DNA from: an uncultured delta proteobacterium
GTDB lineage: Bacteria > Myxococcota_A > Polyangia > Fen-1088
Reading direction: 5' to 3'
DNA: 64,000 nucleotides
Assembly: GCA_963755125.1 (NCBI GenBank)
Contig: CAVWIP010000002.1
Span: 32,001-96,000, forward strand
Below the pieces are notes generated by a model that was not told the DNA's origin, searched no databases, and saw nothing but the letters and a program-made list of their open reading frames with translations. Of the stretch, positions 9,892 through 21,400 are shown in pieces; the first letter of the stretch is position 1; every line of letters starts with the position of its first letter. The translations under genes and the position numbers were made by a program.

Positions 9892-11253
9892 ATGGACATC
9901 ACGTCGATACTGCACGACCAGAACCGCTGGTGGTCGAACCCCAGCCACAGGGAAACCCTTCGGTTTAGGCGCCGAAGGCAGGCGTTCAGCCGGATTCTTG
10001 AGTACTTGGGCGATATCCACGGCGGTCGCGCGGCGACACTCCTCGGGCCACGCCAGGTGGGAAAAACCACGCTGCTGTTGCAGCTTGTCGACGACCTCCT
10101 TGGGCGGGGCTGGCCTTCCGGAAATATCACGTTCTTCGACTTCTCCGACGAGCGGCTGCTTTCCGCGGTATCGCCACGTGAGGTCGTCACGGTTCATCCA
10201 GTCGGGCTGTCGACAGAATACCCGCGCGCCTTCTTCCTTGACGAGATTCAGAACGCACCCGGTTGGCAGAAGTGGCTGAAGGGTGCGGTCGATGAGTCCC
10301 GGAGAGGCGCTGGCCCGGGGTCGCGCTTCATCGTGACCGGCTCGGCGGCGACATCGTTGCGCCAAGGTGGCGTCGAGTCTGGGCAGGGTCGCTGGGACGA
10401 GATCCCCATCGAAGGCCTCACCCTAGTGGAGTTTCTCAGGCTCGGATCGCTGCGGGACGAGGACGCGGCCCCGATCGCTGTCCGCGATCCCCAGGCGTTC
10501 GAGCGGTATCTGGAGGTGGGCGGTTTTCCAGAACACATCCAAGCCATGGTGCCAGTCCGCGAGGCGCGTCAGCGAATTCGCGAGGACATCGCCGAGAGAG
10601 CCATTTTGCGTGACCTGCGCCAGACTGGCGTGGACATCGAGCGCATTCGTCGGTTGTTCGTCTACTTGATCAACGGCTCGGGCAACGCATGGAACCAGGC
10701 AAAACGCGCAGACGATCTCGAGGCAAATCGGAAATCGGTCGCGGACTGGCTGTCGGTGCTGGAAGGGACCCGCCTGATTTCAAGGCTTGACCGGGACCGC
10801 CCCGTCCGAGCCAAAGCGCACACGCAACTTCGAGCCCAGCCCAAGATTTTCGCCAGCGACCACGGGCTCATTACCGCCTTCTCCTCGGCCCCCGAACCGA
10901 TCGAGGTTGCCGACATCCGCGCGCGCGTGTTCGAGGCAGCGGTGTTCCGTCACCTGCGGGAGGTGGCTCGGTCCGACCATGGAGCGCTCAGCTTCGGACG
11001 CCTGGACGAGGACTTGGAGATCGACTTCATCGTCCGCTATCCCGGCCACGCCGTAGGCATTGAGGTCACGTCGGGCACTGATGCAAAGCCACGCAAGCTC
11101 GCTCGGGCAGTGCAGGCCATGAGCAAACTGGGCATCGACCGAAAGGTTCTCGTGCATGGCGGACTCGTGTCTCATGCGACCGGCGACATCAAGATCGTTC
11201 CCCTGCACGAGTTCTTGCTGGCACCAGAACGATACGCAGGCGGTGAAGCATGA
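9892..11253 (+). CDS. AAA_14 ATPase with DUF4143-type C-terminal domain
   Basis: N-terminal QNRWW; Walker A GPRQVGKT; Walker B FFLDEIQ; TGS; GGFP; FE...EIDF...IEV. Confidence 0.88.
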   Translation: MDITSILHDQNRWWSNPSHRETLRFRRRRQAFSRILEYLGDIHGGRAATLLGPRQVGKTTLLLQLVDDLLGRGWPSGNITFFDFSDERLLSAVSPREVVTVHPVGLSTEYPRAFFLDEIQNAPGWQKWLKGAVDESRRGAGPGSRFIVTGSAATSLRQGGVESGQGRWDEIPIEGLTLVEFLRLGSLRDEDAAPIAVRDPQAFERYLEVGGFPEHIQAMVPVREARQRIREDIAERAILRDLRQTGVDIERIRRLFVYLINGSGNAWNQAKRADDLEANRKSVADWLSVLEGTRLISRLDRDRPVRAKAHTQLRAQPKIFASDHGLITAFSSAPEPIEVADIRARVFEAAVFRHLREVARSDHGALSFGRLDEDLEIDFIVRYPGHAVGIEVTSGTDAKPRKLARAVQAMSKLGIDRKVLVHGGLVSHATGDIKIVPLHEFLLAPERYAGGEA

Positions 11254-12431
11254 GAGCGTTCGATCCGAAGAGCTTGCTGGGGAAGGCAGAGAGCGATCGC
11301 CTCGAGTTCAAGCAGAAGGCGGTACTGGAAAGGCCCGCGAGTATCGGACGAGAAGTTGTGGGGTTCTTGAACGCGAAGGGAGGCGAGGTCTGGATCGGGG
11401 TCGAAGAGAAGGACGGCAGAGCAGTCGCGCTTCAGCCGATAGCCGATATCGAGCGATCTCTGATCTCGCTGCGAGACCACCTGATCGACACCATTGAACC
11501 GCAGTTTATGACGGACGAGGTCAATCTCGATCCAGAGGGAGGGTTGCTCCGCGTGACGGTCGAGAAGGGAAAGAATCCTCCCTACGCCCAGCGCGACGGT
11601 GGCCGACGCTTTTGGATCCGCATCGGCGCTCGGTTGCGGGAGATGTCACGCGAGGAGATCGGCAAGGAATTCGCCGAGGTATTCAAGGGTCAATCGACAA
11701 GGAAAGACCGCGTGGCCGAGATCGCCGCCCAACTTCGGAAAGATCAAGCTACTGTGGCGCTAGCAAGGCCCCAACTTTGGCTGCGGCTCGTGCCGACTGA
11801 GTCGCTGGAAATCGACTTCAACGACAAGCCGACCCAGGAGCAGTTTCGGATTTGGCTAACGGATCCCAGGGCAACAGGAAACCGTCGTTCGGGATTTTCT
11901 TTTTCCAACGACCGCACGTCGCCTGACTTCAAAGTGCCTCGCGTCGTACACGGGGCAGAAGAGGACTACCGGAGAACTCAGGTTACGGAAGACGGTCGGG
12001 TCACGTTCGCGGTCAACGATCACGGCCTGCGCCGTCTCGAAATCGAAAACCCATATTTCGAGCCATATGCGCTTGTCGAGTACCCCGTGTCAGTCTTTCG
12101 TCTGATGGCCGCGATCTTGGGAAGACACGGCGAAGGGCATACGGACCTCCGGGTCGTCGCGGGTTTGGCTATCAGCGGTATTCGAGGCTGGTCGCTGTCG
12201 CCGGGCTCGCCGCGAGAGCCAGCTCGATTGTGGGGAGGACCAAAAGCTCTCGAATATGAAGTGCTGGAGATAGATCCTTCCCGGCTCGTATTCACGGCGG
12301 ATGAGATCAAGCAGAACCCCGACCGGTGCGGCCTGCTCGTCATTCGCCGCATCTATGGGGAGTTCGGCTTTGACAGCAACGCAATCCCGCCCGAATTCGA
12401 CCAGCAACAGGGGCGCTTGCTTTTGGGATGA
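11250..12431 (+). CDS. AlbA_2 (Schlafen-like) domain protein with unrecognised C-terminal domain
   Basis: ESDRLEFK...GFLNAKGGEVWIGVEE and PY...WIRIG; ATGA overlap with the upstream ATPase. Confidence 0.8.
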   Translation: MRAFDPKSLLGKAESDRLEFKQKAVLERPASIGREVVGFLNAKGGEVWIGVEEKDGRAVALQPIADIERSLISLRDHLIDTIEPQFMTDEVNLDPEGGLLRVTVEKGKNPPYAQRDGGRRFWIRIGARLREMSREEIGKEFAEVFKGQSTRKDRVAEIAAQLRKDQATVALARPQLWLRLVPTESLEIDFNDKPTQEQFRIWLTDPRATGNRRSGFSFSNDRTSPDFKVPRVVHGAEEDYRRTQVTEDGRVTFAVNDHGLRRLEIENPYFEPYALVEYPVSVFRLMAAILGRHGEGHTDLRVVAGLAISGIRGWSLSPGSPREPARLWGGPKALEYEVLEIDPSRLVFTADEIKQNPDRCGLLVIRRIYGEFGFDSNAIPPEFDQQQGRLLLG

Positions 12432-12475
12432 AGAAAGCCCTGGGCCCGCCACCCAGCATAGTCTAATAGCCCTCG

Positions 12476-14311
12476 CTACTGACCGAAGGTGAAGGCGTAG
12501 GCGGCCACGCCACGGCCGTGAACCTGCAGCACCACCTCGTGTTCGGCATAGGGACCGCTCCACAGGTTGAAGAGATCGTGTCGGTCGATGGTTATGGTCT
12601 TGGACGCGCGGCCGTCCACCTCCACGTCCGCGGTTCGCGGCGGGGTGCCGGGTTCCAGGCCCAGCACCAGGTTCACCTCGCCGGCGAGCGCGTGGTAGCT
12701 GATCGCGCCTTCGGCTCCGGCTAGCACCTGTCGCTCCCCGTCGACCAGGCGCCAGGTGCCGACCAGTGCATAGTGGTTCAGCGGCAGCGCAGCCGGCGCA
12801 ATATAGCGGTGAACCCCGCCATCTGGTTCGTCCCGCCCATTGGCCAGCGCCGACCAGCCGCGCCCACCCAGGTAGGTTTCGGGCGAGCGTTCGAGCGCGG
12901 GCGACGAGGTGGGTCCACCACCGCCGATGGTCGGGCCATTGGGCCGGGTTCCCATCTCGGACAGCAAGCTGCGAATGGCGAGGTCGGTTGCTTCGTAGTC
13001 GCCCTCGCCGAAGTGCATGTAGCGGATAATGCCATCGGCGTCGATGAGGTACTTGGCCGGCCAGTAGCGGTTGCCAAAGGTATTCCAGGTGGCGTACTCG
13101 TTGTCCTGCGCGATGGGATAGGTCAATCCGTGGCGCTGGATGGCGGCGGCCACGTTCTGCGGGCTCTTTTCGAACACGAACTCAGGCGTGTGGATGCCGA
13201 CCAGCACGAAGGGCATGTTCTGGTAACGCGTCCAGTACGCCTTCATATAGGGCAGGGTGCGAACGCAGTTGATACAGCTGTAGGTCCAGAAATCCACCAG
13301 CACCACCTTGCCGCGCAACGAAGCCAGGGTCAGCGGTGCGGAGTTGTACCAGGGGCCAAGGCCAATGAACTCCTGCGCTGGCCCCACCCGCGGCAACGGG
13401 GGTGGCGTTGGCGTTGACCGGGCTCCGGTGGTGTCGCTGCCCTGGCTGGCGTGCGCGCGCGCCGGCAAAGACAGGCTCTTGCCCACGAGTCTGTCCTCCA
13501 GTGAGCTGGCCAGCGAACCGAATGAGGTGTGTTCGGCCAGCCATGTCTGTCCGCTGGTCAGCCAGTCGTAGCGCAACGCTAGCGCCGATAGTACGAGCAA
13601 TCCCCCGGCCACGCGTTTGATCACTCCACTGTGGCGATTGAGGGCGCGGGCGGACCGTAGAGCACGCTGGCCGCCGTAGGCCACCAGCAGCAGCGGCGTC
13701 GCGGTGCCGACGGCGTAGGCAGCCAGGGCTGAGAACGCGCGCGGGCCCGGCTGATCGCGCACGAGCGCCAGCGCGAATCCCAGGGCAGGCCCTGCGCAAG
13801 GAACCCAGACCATGCCCAGAGTCAGTCCCACGATAAGCGCCGCGAGCAGGGATTCACCACCCAGCCCGGCGCTGGCGTTGTGCTGGACGTTGCTTCCGAG
13901 TTGCTGGATGCGGGTAGCGACTCGACCCGCCAGCAGCACCGCCACCGTTCCCAGCAGGGCGGCTGGCCCCATGGCGACCCATCCGTGCGCCATGAAGAAC
14001 AGCGCGCCGACCACCGCCACCGCGATGTGCAGGCGCGCGTCGGTGCTTAGAAAACACACGCCAAACAACAGCAGCACATAGGTGCTGGCGATGCGGATGA
14101 GATCGGCCGCCGCCACGAAACGCGCCAGCGCCACCTGGAGCACGAAGGTGAAGATCACGAAACTGGCCGCCATGCCGGCCACGATGACCAGGGGCCGGAT
14201 GCGGCGCTGTCCTGCCAGGCTGACCCCGAGCACCAGCGGCACCAGCGGCAGGATGCAGGGCAGGAGTATGGTGAGAACTCCGGCCAGGAACAGAGTTGCG
14301 TAAAGCTTCAC
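12476..14311 (-). CDS. dipZ: DipZ-type cytochrome c biogenesis/redox protein (CcdA TM + thioredoxin + C-terminal domain)
   Basis: PCILP and WVPCAGP CcdA cysteines; DFWTYSCINC; HTPEF; SPETYLG; GTG start at 14311 with GGAGAGG RBS. Confidence 0.88.
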   Translation of the reverse strand: MKLYATLFLAGVLTILLPCILPLVPLVLGVSLAGQRRIRPLVIVAGMAASFVIFTFVLQVALARFVAAADLIRIASTYVLLLFGVCFLSTDARLHIAVAVVGALFFMAHGWVAMGPAALLGTVAVLLAGRVATRIQQLGSNVQHNASAGLGGESLLAALIVGLTLGMVWVPCAGPALGFALALVRDQPGPRAFSALAAYAVGTATPLLLVAYGGQRALRSARALNRHSGVIKRVAGGLLVLSALALRYDWLTSGQTWLAEHTSFGSLASSLEDRLVGKSLSLPARAHASQGSDTTGARSTPTPPPLPRVGPAQEFIGLGPWYNSAPLTLASLRGKVVLVDFWTYSCINCVRTLPYMKAYWTRYQNMPFVLVGIHTPEFVFEKSPQNVAAAIQRHGLTYPIAQDNEYATWNTFGNRYWPAKYLIDADGIIRYMHFGEGDYEATDLAIRSLLSEMGTRPNGPTIGGGGPTSSPALERSPETYLGGRGWSALANGRDEPDGGVHRYIAPAALPLNHYALVGTWRLVDGERQVLAGAEGAISYHALAGEVNLVLGLEPGTPPRTADVEVDGRASKTITIDRHDLFNLWSGPYAEHEVVLQVHGRGVAAYAFTFGQ

Positions 14312-14394
14312 AGTCAGCCCTCTCCGCTGCCTTATATTTGGATGCCTGCCCGCTCTGCACGTCACAGCGGGCAGGGCAGGGATAGGGCACTAAA

Positions 14395-15648
14395 CTAAAT
14401 GACCACGCCGTCGGGGAGGATGCCGTCCTTGGGAACGACCACGATCCCTTCGCGGATGAAGTAGCCGTCGCCGTCCTTCTCTTTGATCCTCGCTTGGTTG
14501 ACGATGCGCACGCCGCGGCCGATGCGGGCGTTCTTGTCGATGATGGCCCCCTCGACGATCGAATCTGAGCCGACGCCGACTGGCGGTATGCCTCGCGCCT
14601 CTGTGGCGCGTATCTCATCCAATGTCTCGTAACTGTCGGCGCCGATGAGCAGACTGTTGCGGATGCGCACATTCCTGCCGATGCGGCTGCGGATGCCGAT
14701 GACGGCACGGTCGATATCCGCGCCCTGCAAGATACAGCCCTCGGAGATGAGCGCATTGTGAATGGTGCATTGATCCAGCTTCGAAGCAGGCAGGAAGCGC
14801 GGGTTGGTGAACACTGGCCGGGCAGCGTCGTAGAAATCGAAGGGCGGAATCGGCTGGCACAGAGCCAGATTGGCCCTGAAGTACGATGGAATCGTCCCGA
14901 CATCCTCCCAGTAGCCACGATAGACGTACGCCTGCACGCGCTGGTCGGGGACTGCATGGGGGATGACGTGGCGGCCGAAGTCAACCAGCTTCGGGTCCGA
15001 GACAGCCTTTTCCAGGATCTCCCGTCGAAAGATATAGATGCCCATTGAGGCCAGGTACCCGCGACCGTGTCCTGGTATGTCGGAAACCAAGCCCGGCAGT
15101 CGTTCGCGCGGCGGCTTCTCGTCGAAGAGAACGATGCGGCCGCTTGCATCCATCCTCAGAATGCCGAGTTCGCTGGCCTGCTCTTCCGCCACAGGGATCA
15201 CCGCCACGGTGGCATCGGCGCCGCTCTCGCGATGGGTGCGCAGCATTTGCCGGAAGTCCATGCTGTACAGTTGGTCTCCCGACAGCACCATCAGGTCGCG
15301 CGCGGATCTCCGATGCATGTGGCGCAGGCCCTGGCGCACGGCATCGGCCGTGCCCTGAAACCAGTCACCCCCCTCCTCGGTCTGCTCGGCGGCCAGCACG
15401 GTCACGAAGCCCGAAGAGAACACGTCGAATTTGTAGGTCATCGCGATATGCGTGTTCAGGCTCTCCGAGTTGAATTGCGTGAGCACGAAGATGTGTCGCA
15501 GCCCGGCGTTCAGACAGTTGCTGATGGGGATGTCGATGAGGCGATACTTGCCGCCGATGGGAACAGCCGGTTTCGAGCGCTTGAGAGTGAGGGGAAACAG
15601 GCGCGTTCCGCGTCCGCCCCCCAGGATGATTGCCAGCAGGTTGTCCAT
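14395..15648 (-). CDS. glgC: Glucose-1-phosphate adenylyltransferase
   Basis: ILGGGRGTRLFPLT, RSKPAVP, FQGTADAV, ASMGIY, YWEDVGT, left-handed beta-helix C-terminus. Confidence 0.97.
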   Translation of the reverse strand: MDNLLAIILGGGRGTRLFPLTLKRSKPAVPIGGKYRLIDIPISNCLNAGLRHIFVLTQFNSESLNTHIAMTYKFDVFSSGFVTVLAAEQTEEGGDWFQGTADAVRQGLRHMHRRSARDLMVLSGDQLYSMDFRQMLRTHRESGADATVAVIPVAEEQASELGILRMDASGRIVLFDEKPPRERLPGLVSDIPGHGRGYLASMGIYIFRREILEKAVSDPKLVDFGRHVIPHAVPDQRVQAYVYRGYWEDVGTIPSYFRANLALCQPIPPFDFYDAARPVFTNPRFLPASKLDQCTIHNALISEGCILQGADIDRAVIGIRSRIGRNVRIRNSLLIGADSYETLDEIRATEARGIPPVGVGSDSIVEGAIIDKNARIGRGVRIVNQARIKEKDGDGYFIREGIVVVPKDGILPDGVVI

Positions 15649-15711
15649 GGCCGCCCTGTTTACCTCAGAATCTCACGGCACGCAGCGTCCCCCGACGCGG
15701 TCGAGGCGCAT

Positions 15712-16161
15712 TCAGCCGCGCAGCGGGACCACCAGCACCGGGCAAGGAGACTTGTGCAGCACCCTTTCGGTCACGCTGCCCAGAACCGCATGGGCCAAGC
15801 CGCCGTGACCGTGGGTGCCCATCACGATGAGATCCGCGGCGACCTCGCGTGCCCGTCTGACGATCTCTGCGTGCGGGCTGCCCTCCCTGCTTTGGGTGTC
15901 ACAGGGTATTCCGGCCGCCCGAACCCGCTGGGCGTCTTCGGTCAATCGCGCTTCTACCCGCTTTGACAAGTCGGGCATCAAGACCGAGAAAGGCACGACC
16001 TCTACCGGTGGCGGCAACAAAGCAACCGTCGCGGTGACGTGCAGAAGTTCGATGCCAGCATCGAATGCCCGCGCCAGGACCACCGCCGCCTGCACAGCCT
16101 CACCCGCAGCGTCCGAAAAATCGGTCGGCACCAAGATGCGTCGGATCTTCGCGTTTTCCAT
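15712..16161 (-). CDS. Universal stress protein
   Basis: RILVPTDFS...DLIVMGTHG...LGSVTERVL...PVLVV; ATG at 16161. Confidence 0.93.
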   Translation of the reverse strand: MENAKIRRILVPTDFSDAAGEAVQAAVVLARAFDAGIELLHVTATVALLPPPVEVVPFSVLMPDLSKRVEARLTEDAQRVRAAGIPCDTQSREGSPHAEIVRRAREVAADLIVMGTHGHGGLAHAVLGSVTERVLHKSPCPVLVVPLRG

Positions 16162-16297
16162 GACTGCCCCCTTTCGTTCGCCCCAAGAACAAATGTACCG
16201 CAGCCAAGCGCGCTTGCTGTGCAAAAGGGCGTGCGCATGGGTAATCGCGGAGACAAGCTCAACCCGGGGATCAGAAGTGAGTCCGCGGAGGTAATCG

Positions 16298-17278
16298 ATG
16301 TCCTTGCTTGATTCGTTGAAGCGCTTCACCACCGTCGTTGCCGACACAGGCGACATTGACGCAATTGCCCAGCACAAGCCCCAGGACGCGACCACGAATC
16401 CGTCGCTGTTGCTCAAGGCCGCACAGGACAAAAGATACCGTCCGCTCGTCGAAGAGGCCTTGCGCCACGCGGCCCGCGCGGGCCGCGACCACGCACAGCA
16501 AACCAGCCTTTTCATGGACAAGTTGTTCGTGAACTTCGGCTGCGAGATCCTCAAGATCATTCCCGGTCGCGTGTCCACCGAGGTGGATGCCCGCCTGAGC
16601 TTCGACACCGTGGGCAGCATCGCCAAGGCGCGTGAAATCATCGGCCTGTATCACGAGGCGGGCGTGGCGCGCGAGCGCGTACTCATAAAGCTGGGTACGA
16701 CCTGGGAAGGCATCCGTGCGGCCGAGCAGCTGGAGAAAGAACGCATCCACTGCAACATGACCCTGCTCTTCAGTTTTGCCCAGGCCGTGGCCTGCGCCGA
16801 GGCCAAGGTGACGTTGATATCGCCGTTCGTGGGCCGCATCTATGACTGGCACAAGAAGGCGAGGAACGTGACTGACATCCCGCGCGCAGAGGATCCGGGC
16901 GTGGCCTCGGTCGTGCACATCTACAATTACTACAAGAAATTCGACTATGCGACGCAGGTGATGGGCGCGAGCTTTCGCAAGGTCGAGCAAATCATCGATT
17001 TAGCTGGATCGGATCTGCTGACCATCAGTCCCGACCTGCTCGCGCAACTCGCCGGGCGCGAGGGCGAGGTTGCGCGCTCTCTCGACCCGGTTCGCGCCAA
17101 GAGTCTCGACATTGCGCCGGTTCATCTCGACGAGAAGGCCTATCGCTGGATGCACAACGAGGACGCGATGGCCGTGGAAAAGCTGAGCGAGGGCATCCGC
17201 TTGTTCAACGCCGACGCGCGCAAACTGGAGGCCTACGCTCAGGGCGAGGTGGCTAAAGGGTCGGCGGCCGGGAGTTGA
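16298..17278 (+). CDS. tal: Transaldolase
   Basis: [48 protein letters not shown]. Confidence 0.97.
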   Translation: MSLLDSLKRFTTVVADTGDIDAIAQHKPQDATTNPSLLLKAAQDKRYRPLVEEALRHAARAGRDHAQQTSLFMDKLFVNFGCEILKIIPGRVSTEVDARLSFDTVGSIAKAREIIGLYHEAGVARERVLIKLGTTWEGIRAAEQLEKERIHCNMTLLFSFAQAVACAEAKVTLISPFVGRIYDWHKKARNVTDIPRAEDPGVASVVHIYNYYKKFDYATQVMGASFRKVEQIIDLAGSDLLTISPDLLAQLAGREGEVARSLDPVRAKSLDIAPVHLDEKAYRWMHNEDAMAVEKLSEGIRLFNADARKLEAYAQGEVAKGSAAGS

Positions 17279-17311
17279 TTCCAGGCGCATCGGAGTCCAG
17301 ACAATCGCCCC

Positions 17312-17389
17312 GCATAGTGGCGGAGCGTTGCCTGCGGCCCACCCGAACCCGCCCCAGTACCCACCCAGGCAGTCACTCCGCCACGATGC
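17312..17389 (+). other. Long imperfect hairpin downstream of tal
   Basis: GCATAGTGGCGGAG / CTCCGCCACGATGC (13/14 complementary) with inner TGCCTG/CAGGCA; no U-tract. Confidence 0.5.
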
Positions 17390-17801
17390 CGAGGCCCGAC
17401 CCCCTCCCGACGGCACTCTTCTCCCCTACGCCACCCACGCCGCCCGTCCGGAACCCTGGTCTGCCCGCGCCACCACACAATACCACCCAACGCAGACCCC
17501 CCTGTACCCAGTGCCTCCTCCCACCCGCAGTCAATACAAACGGCGTGCCACCGCAAGCAAGGGGGAAGCGTACGCGATTCGACGTACGGACAAGAGCCGG
17601 CGTTACGGGGTGGTAATGTCTCGTCGTCAGCGCGGCACTGAAGGGAGACATGGTCACACTGTCTGCAAGAGCGCGCGACCGATCATAGTGGCCGAAACGA
17701 TGGATGCTGGCGAGAGCAGGCGGGCAGAGGTCAGCACCGTCTGGGCCGGCACGGTCATTGCTTTCAGTCGACACGGGATTTGAAGTAGAGGAGAAACGCA
17801 G

Positions 17802-18101
17802 ATGGACTTTTCAATGAGTAGATCGGATGGCGTGGCTACTCTTCGCATCAAGGGCGAGTTGGACGCGGTCACCATTCCGGATCTCCGCCCGTCGGTCGAC
17901 GCCTTGGTCGCTGAGCGGCAACCTCGCGTCGTCGTCGACGCGTCTGACCTGCGGCTCATCGACAGTATGGGCGTGGGTACGTTGGTGCGCCTGTACAAGA
18001 AGGCCAAGGAGTACGGCGGCGTTGTGACCGTCTGCGGTTTGCACGATCAGCCACTGTCGATCTTCAAGCTCCTGCGCCTGGATCGGGTTCTGCTAGCGTG
18101 A
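17802..18101 (+). CDS. STAS-domain anti-sigma factor antagonist
   Basis: GAGGAG RBS; GELD...VDASDLRLIDSMG; 99 aa. Confidence 0.9.
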   Translation: MDFSMSRSDGVATLRIKGELDAVTIPDLRPSVDALVAERQPRVVVDASDLRLIDSMGVGTLVRLYKKAKEYGGVVTVCGLHDQPLSIFKLLRLDRVLLA

Positions 18102-18442
18102 TGCCTCTGCCCGGGGGCTTTCTGATCGCGCCTCGGGATCTGTCGCCTGCTTCTCGGTAAGAAGCGCACGAAGTTGTCCCGCGGCATAACATAAGATGTA
18201 CGCGGCCCAGGGGATTCACCCGGCCCGCTCTGTTACAGTTCCGCTCCGCAGGTGGATCAAGAATCGCGCTCGTGATATGGAATAGCCGACCGCGATCCGG
18301 GGTGGCACTTGAGGGGAGGCAAGACACTTATTGGCAAGTTGATGGCCATAGCCGAGACAGCCCTGGCAGGTTCAATGCTCCCGCAGCCGCTGCGGTTCGG
18401 CTTCGACTGCGAGGACATGGCCCGCGGCGAGGGGGGCGTGTA

Positions 18443-21400
18443 GTGGCACAGAACACCCGCCTCGCGCGGGTCGCGGATGGCTGCGCCCTGCTCACGGCTG
18501 CTATCGGGCTGTGTTCACTCGCCGGTTGGGTGCTCGACATCGACTCGCTCAAGCGGGTGCTACCGGGCCTCGCCGCGATGAAGTTCAACACCGCCCTCAG
18601 CTTCGTGCTTGCCGGAGCGGGGCTCTGGGGACGCCAGCGGCCATCTGTGAGGCTCGCGCTCGGGGCGCTCGTGGCATTGCTCGGCGCTCTGTCGCTCGGT
18701 GAGTACCTCGCCGGGCTAAACCTCGGAATCGACCAGCTATTCGTCCGCGACGTGGTTGCTCCGTCGGAGGAGGTGTTTCCACCGGGACGGATGGCGCCCT
18801 CCACTGCACTTTGCTTTCTGTCGCTCGGCGTTGCGCTGACGGGAAGCGGCGGTGCCCAGCGCCAGCGGGCTCCCCACGCGACCAGGCGTATCGGCCCCGC
18901 CGTCGAGTTGCTCGCGCTGGTCGCCACTGTCATCGCTGGCTTGTCGTTGATCGCCTTTCCCACCGGGGCTGTCTACCTGCGCCAGTGGCCGGGCTTTGTC
19001 AGCATGGCTCTGCCCACGGCTGTTGCGTTCGTGGTGCTTGGGGTGGGCATCCTCTGCGCTGCCGAGGGGATGGTTGTGAGGAGCGTGGGTCTGCGAGGCA
19101 CAGGTGGCGTGCTGTGGGTCGGCTTTGGCGTACTCACACTCTTGCTGGCAACCGTCGGCACCGTGTTCGCGGTCAACCTTCAAACGCTTGCCGATGACCT
19201 CCACTCCCAGGCGAACGTCGCGCGTCCTCGCAGAGAGGCAACCCTCGAACTGGAGAACGGGGTCTTGGGCTATGGCCAAGCCATTCATCCGGCTATGGCT
19301 GGCGACACGCAAGCCCGGCAGACTGCATCCGAAGAGGCCATCGAGATCGACCGCGACCTCGCCGAGTACCGAGCGCTCGTCACCACCGACCACCAGCGAG
19401 ACTTGGCCGCGCGCTTCGCAGCCGAGTGGCGGGACGTTCACGCGCTGGGCGCGGCGCTGCTGGAGGCCGGCAGCCAGGCGAGCCCGGAGGACCAGGCGCA
19501 TTTTGCCGTCCTCCGTATGCGGCTGCAGAACATGGTCAAGGATGAGATGCGGAGTGACGCCGTTGAGAGCTTCGAAGTGCGCAAGAGCACCACGCTCCGT
19601 GACCTGCAAACCACCAGCCACTTACCGTTGCTGCTTCTCGTGGTCAGCGTGCTCCTCGCCTTGTTGACCAGCGGGGTTGTCGCTCGCGCCGTCTCGAAGC
19701 AAGAGCAGGCCGTGCGCGACCAGCGCGAGTGGCTGCGCGTGACTCTTTCCAGTATTGGCGACGGCGTGATCGCCTGCGACACGGAACGCCGGGTCACCTT
19801 CCTCAATCCCGTCGCTGAATCGCTCACCGGCTGGAAGACCGACGAGGCTCTGGGAAAACCGATCGCAACCATCCTCCGGCTCATCAACGAGCAGACCCAC
19901 GAGCCAGCAGGTGACATCGCAGAGCAGGTTCTGCGCGAAGGGCGAGTTGTCGCGCTGGCCAACCACACAGCCCTGATCACCCGCGACGGTCGTCAGATTC
20001 CCATCGAGGACAGCGCGGCGCCCATCACCGACGATTCGGGCAAGGTGTCTGGTGCGGTGCTGGTTTTCCACGACGTCACGCAACGGCGGCGCGCCATCGA
20101 CCAGTTGAAGGAGAGCGAGGCGCGTCTCCGATTGTTGTCGGGTACTGCCGGCCGGCTGCTCGCAGCCGAGAACCCTCAGACCGTGGTCAACGAGCTGTGC
20201 CAGGGCGTGATGGACCACCTGGACTGCCAGGCGTTCTTCAACTTCCTCGCCGACGAGTCCACCGGCCGGCTGCGGCTGAATGCCTGCGCCGGAATTCTCG
20301 ACGAAGAAGTTAGCAAACTCCAATGGCTCGACTACGGCGTGGCGGTTTGCGGCTGCGTGGCACGCGACAAGCAGCGAATCATTGCCGAGGACATCCTCAA
20401 TTCCTCCGACCGCCGAACCGACCTGGTCAAATCCTACGGAATCCAGGCCTACTGCTGCCATCCGCTCATGGTCCAGGGACAGCTCATCGGCACCCTGTCG
20501 TTCGGGACCAGGACTCGGTCCCGTTTCAGCCCCGAGGATGTCGAAACCATGAGAACGGTCGCCGACCAGGTCGCCACGGCCATGGAGCGCATGCAGGCAC
20601 AGGTGGCCTTGTCTGCGGCCAACCAGCAACTGGTCGAGGCCGACCGGCGCAAGAACGAGTTCTTGGCGGTGCTGTCGCACGAACTGCGCAATCCGCTGGC
20701 GCCCATCCGAAACAGCCTCTACATCCTCGACCGCGCCACGCCGGGCAGCGAACAGGCGCACCGCGCTCAGATGATCATCGACCGCCAGGTCGGACACCTG
20801 TCGCGTCTGGTGGATGACCTTCTCGACCTGACCCGCATCTCGCGCAGCAAGATCCGGCTCGAGTGCCGGCCGCTGGAGCTCAATGACCTCGTCCGACGGA
20901 CCGTCGAAGACCACCGTTTGCTCTTCGAGAAGAGCGAGATCCAACTCGAGATCAAAGTCGCAGCCGAGCGTTGTAGCGTGAATGCCGACGGGACGCGCCT
21001 GGCGCAGGTGATCGGGAACCTGCTGCAGAACGCGGCGAAGTTCACCTCTCGCGGTGGGCGTGTCACGGTGTCGGTTTCCGTCGATCAGGCGAAGCGGCAC
21101 GCCGTTCTTCGTGTGTCGGACAATGGAATCGGCATACCGCCAGAGTTGATTGGCCGTCTCTTCCAGCCCTTCATGCAGGCGGACAGTACCCTGGATCGGA
21201 GCAAGGGCGGGCTGGGCCTCGGACTGGCGTTGGTCAAGGGACTTGCCGAACTGCACGGTGGGGAGGTTGGCGCGCACAGCGACGGGCTAGGAAAGGGCGC
21301 CGAGTTCGTCGTGCGCCTCCCGCTTGCCATCGACAACGTCATCGCGCCCGAAGCAGGCGGCGGCCATGACCGTGCCGCCGGTCGCCGCGTGCTCATCATC

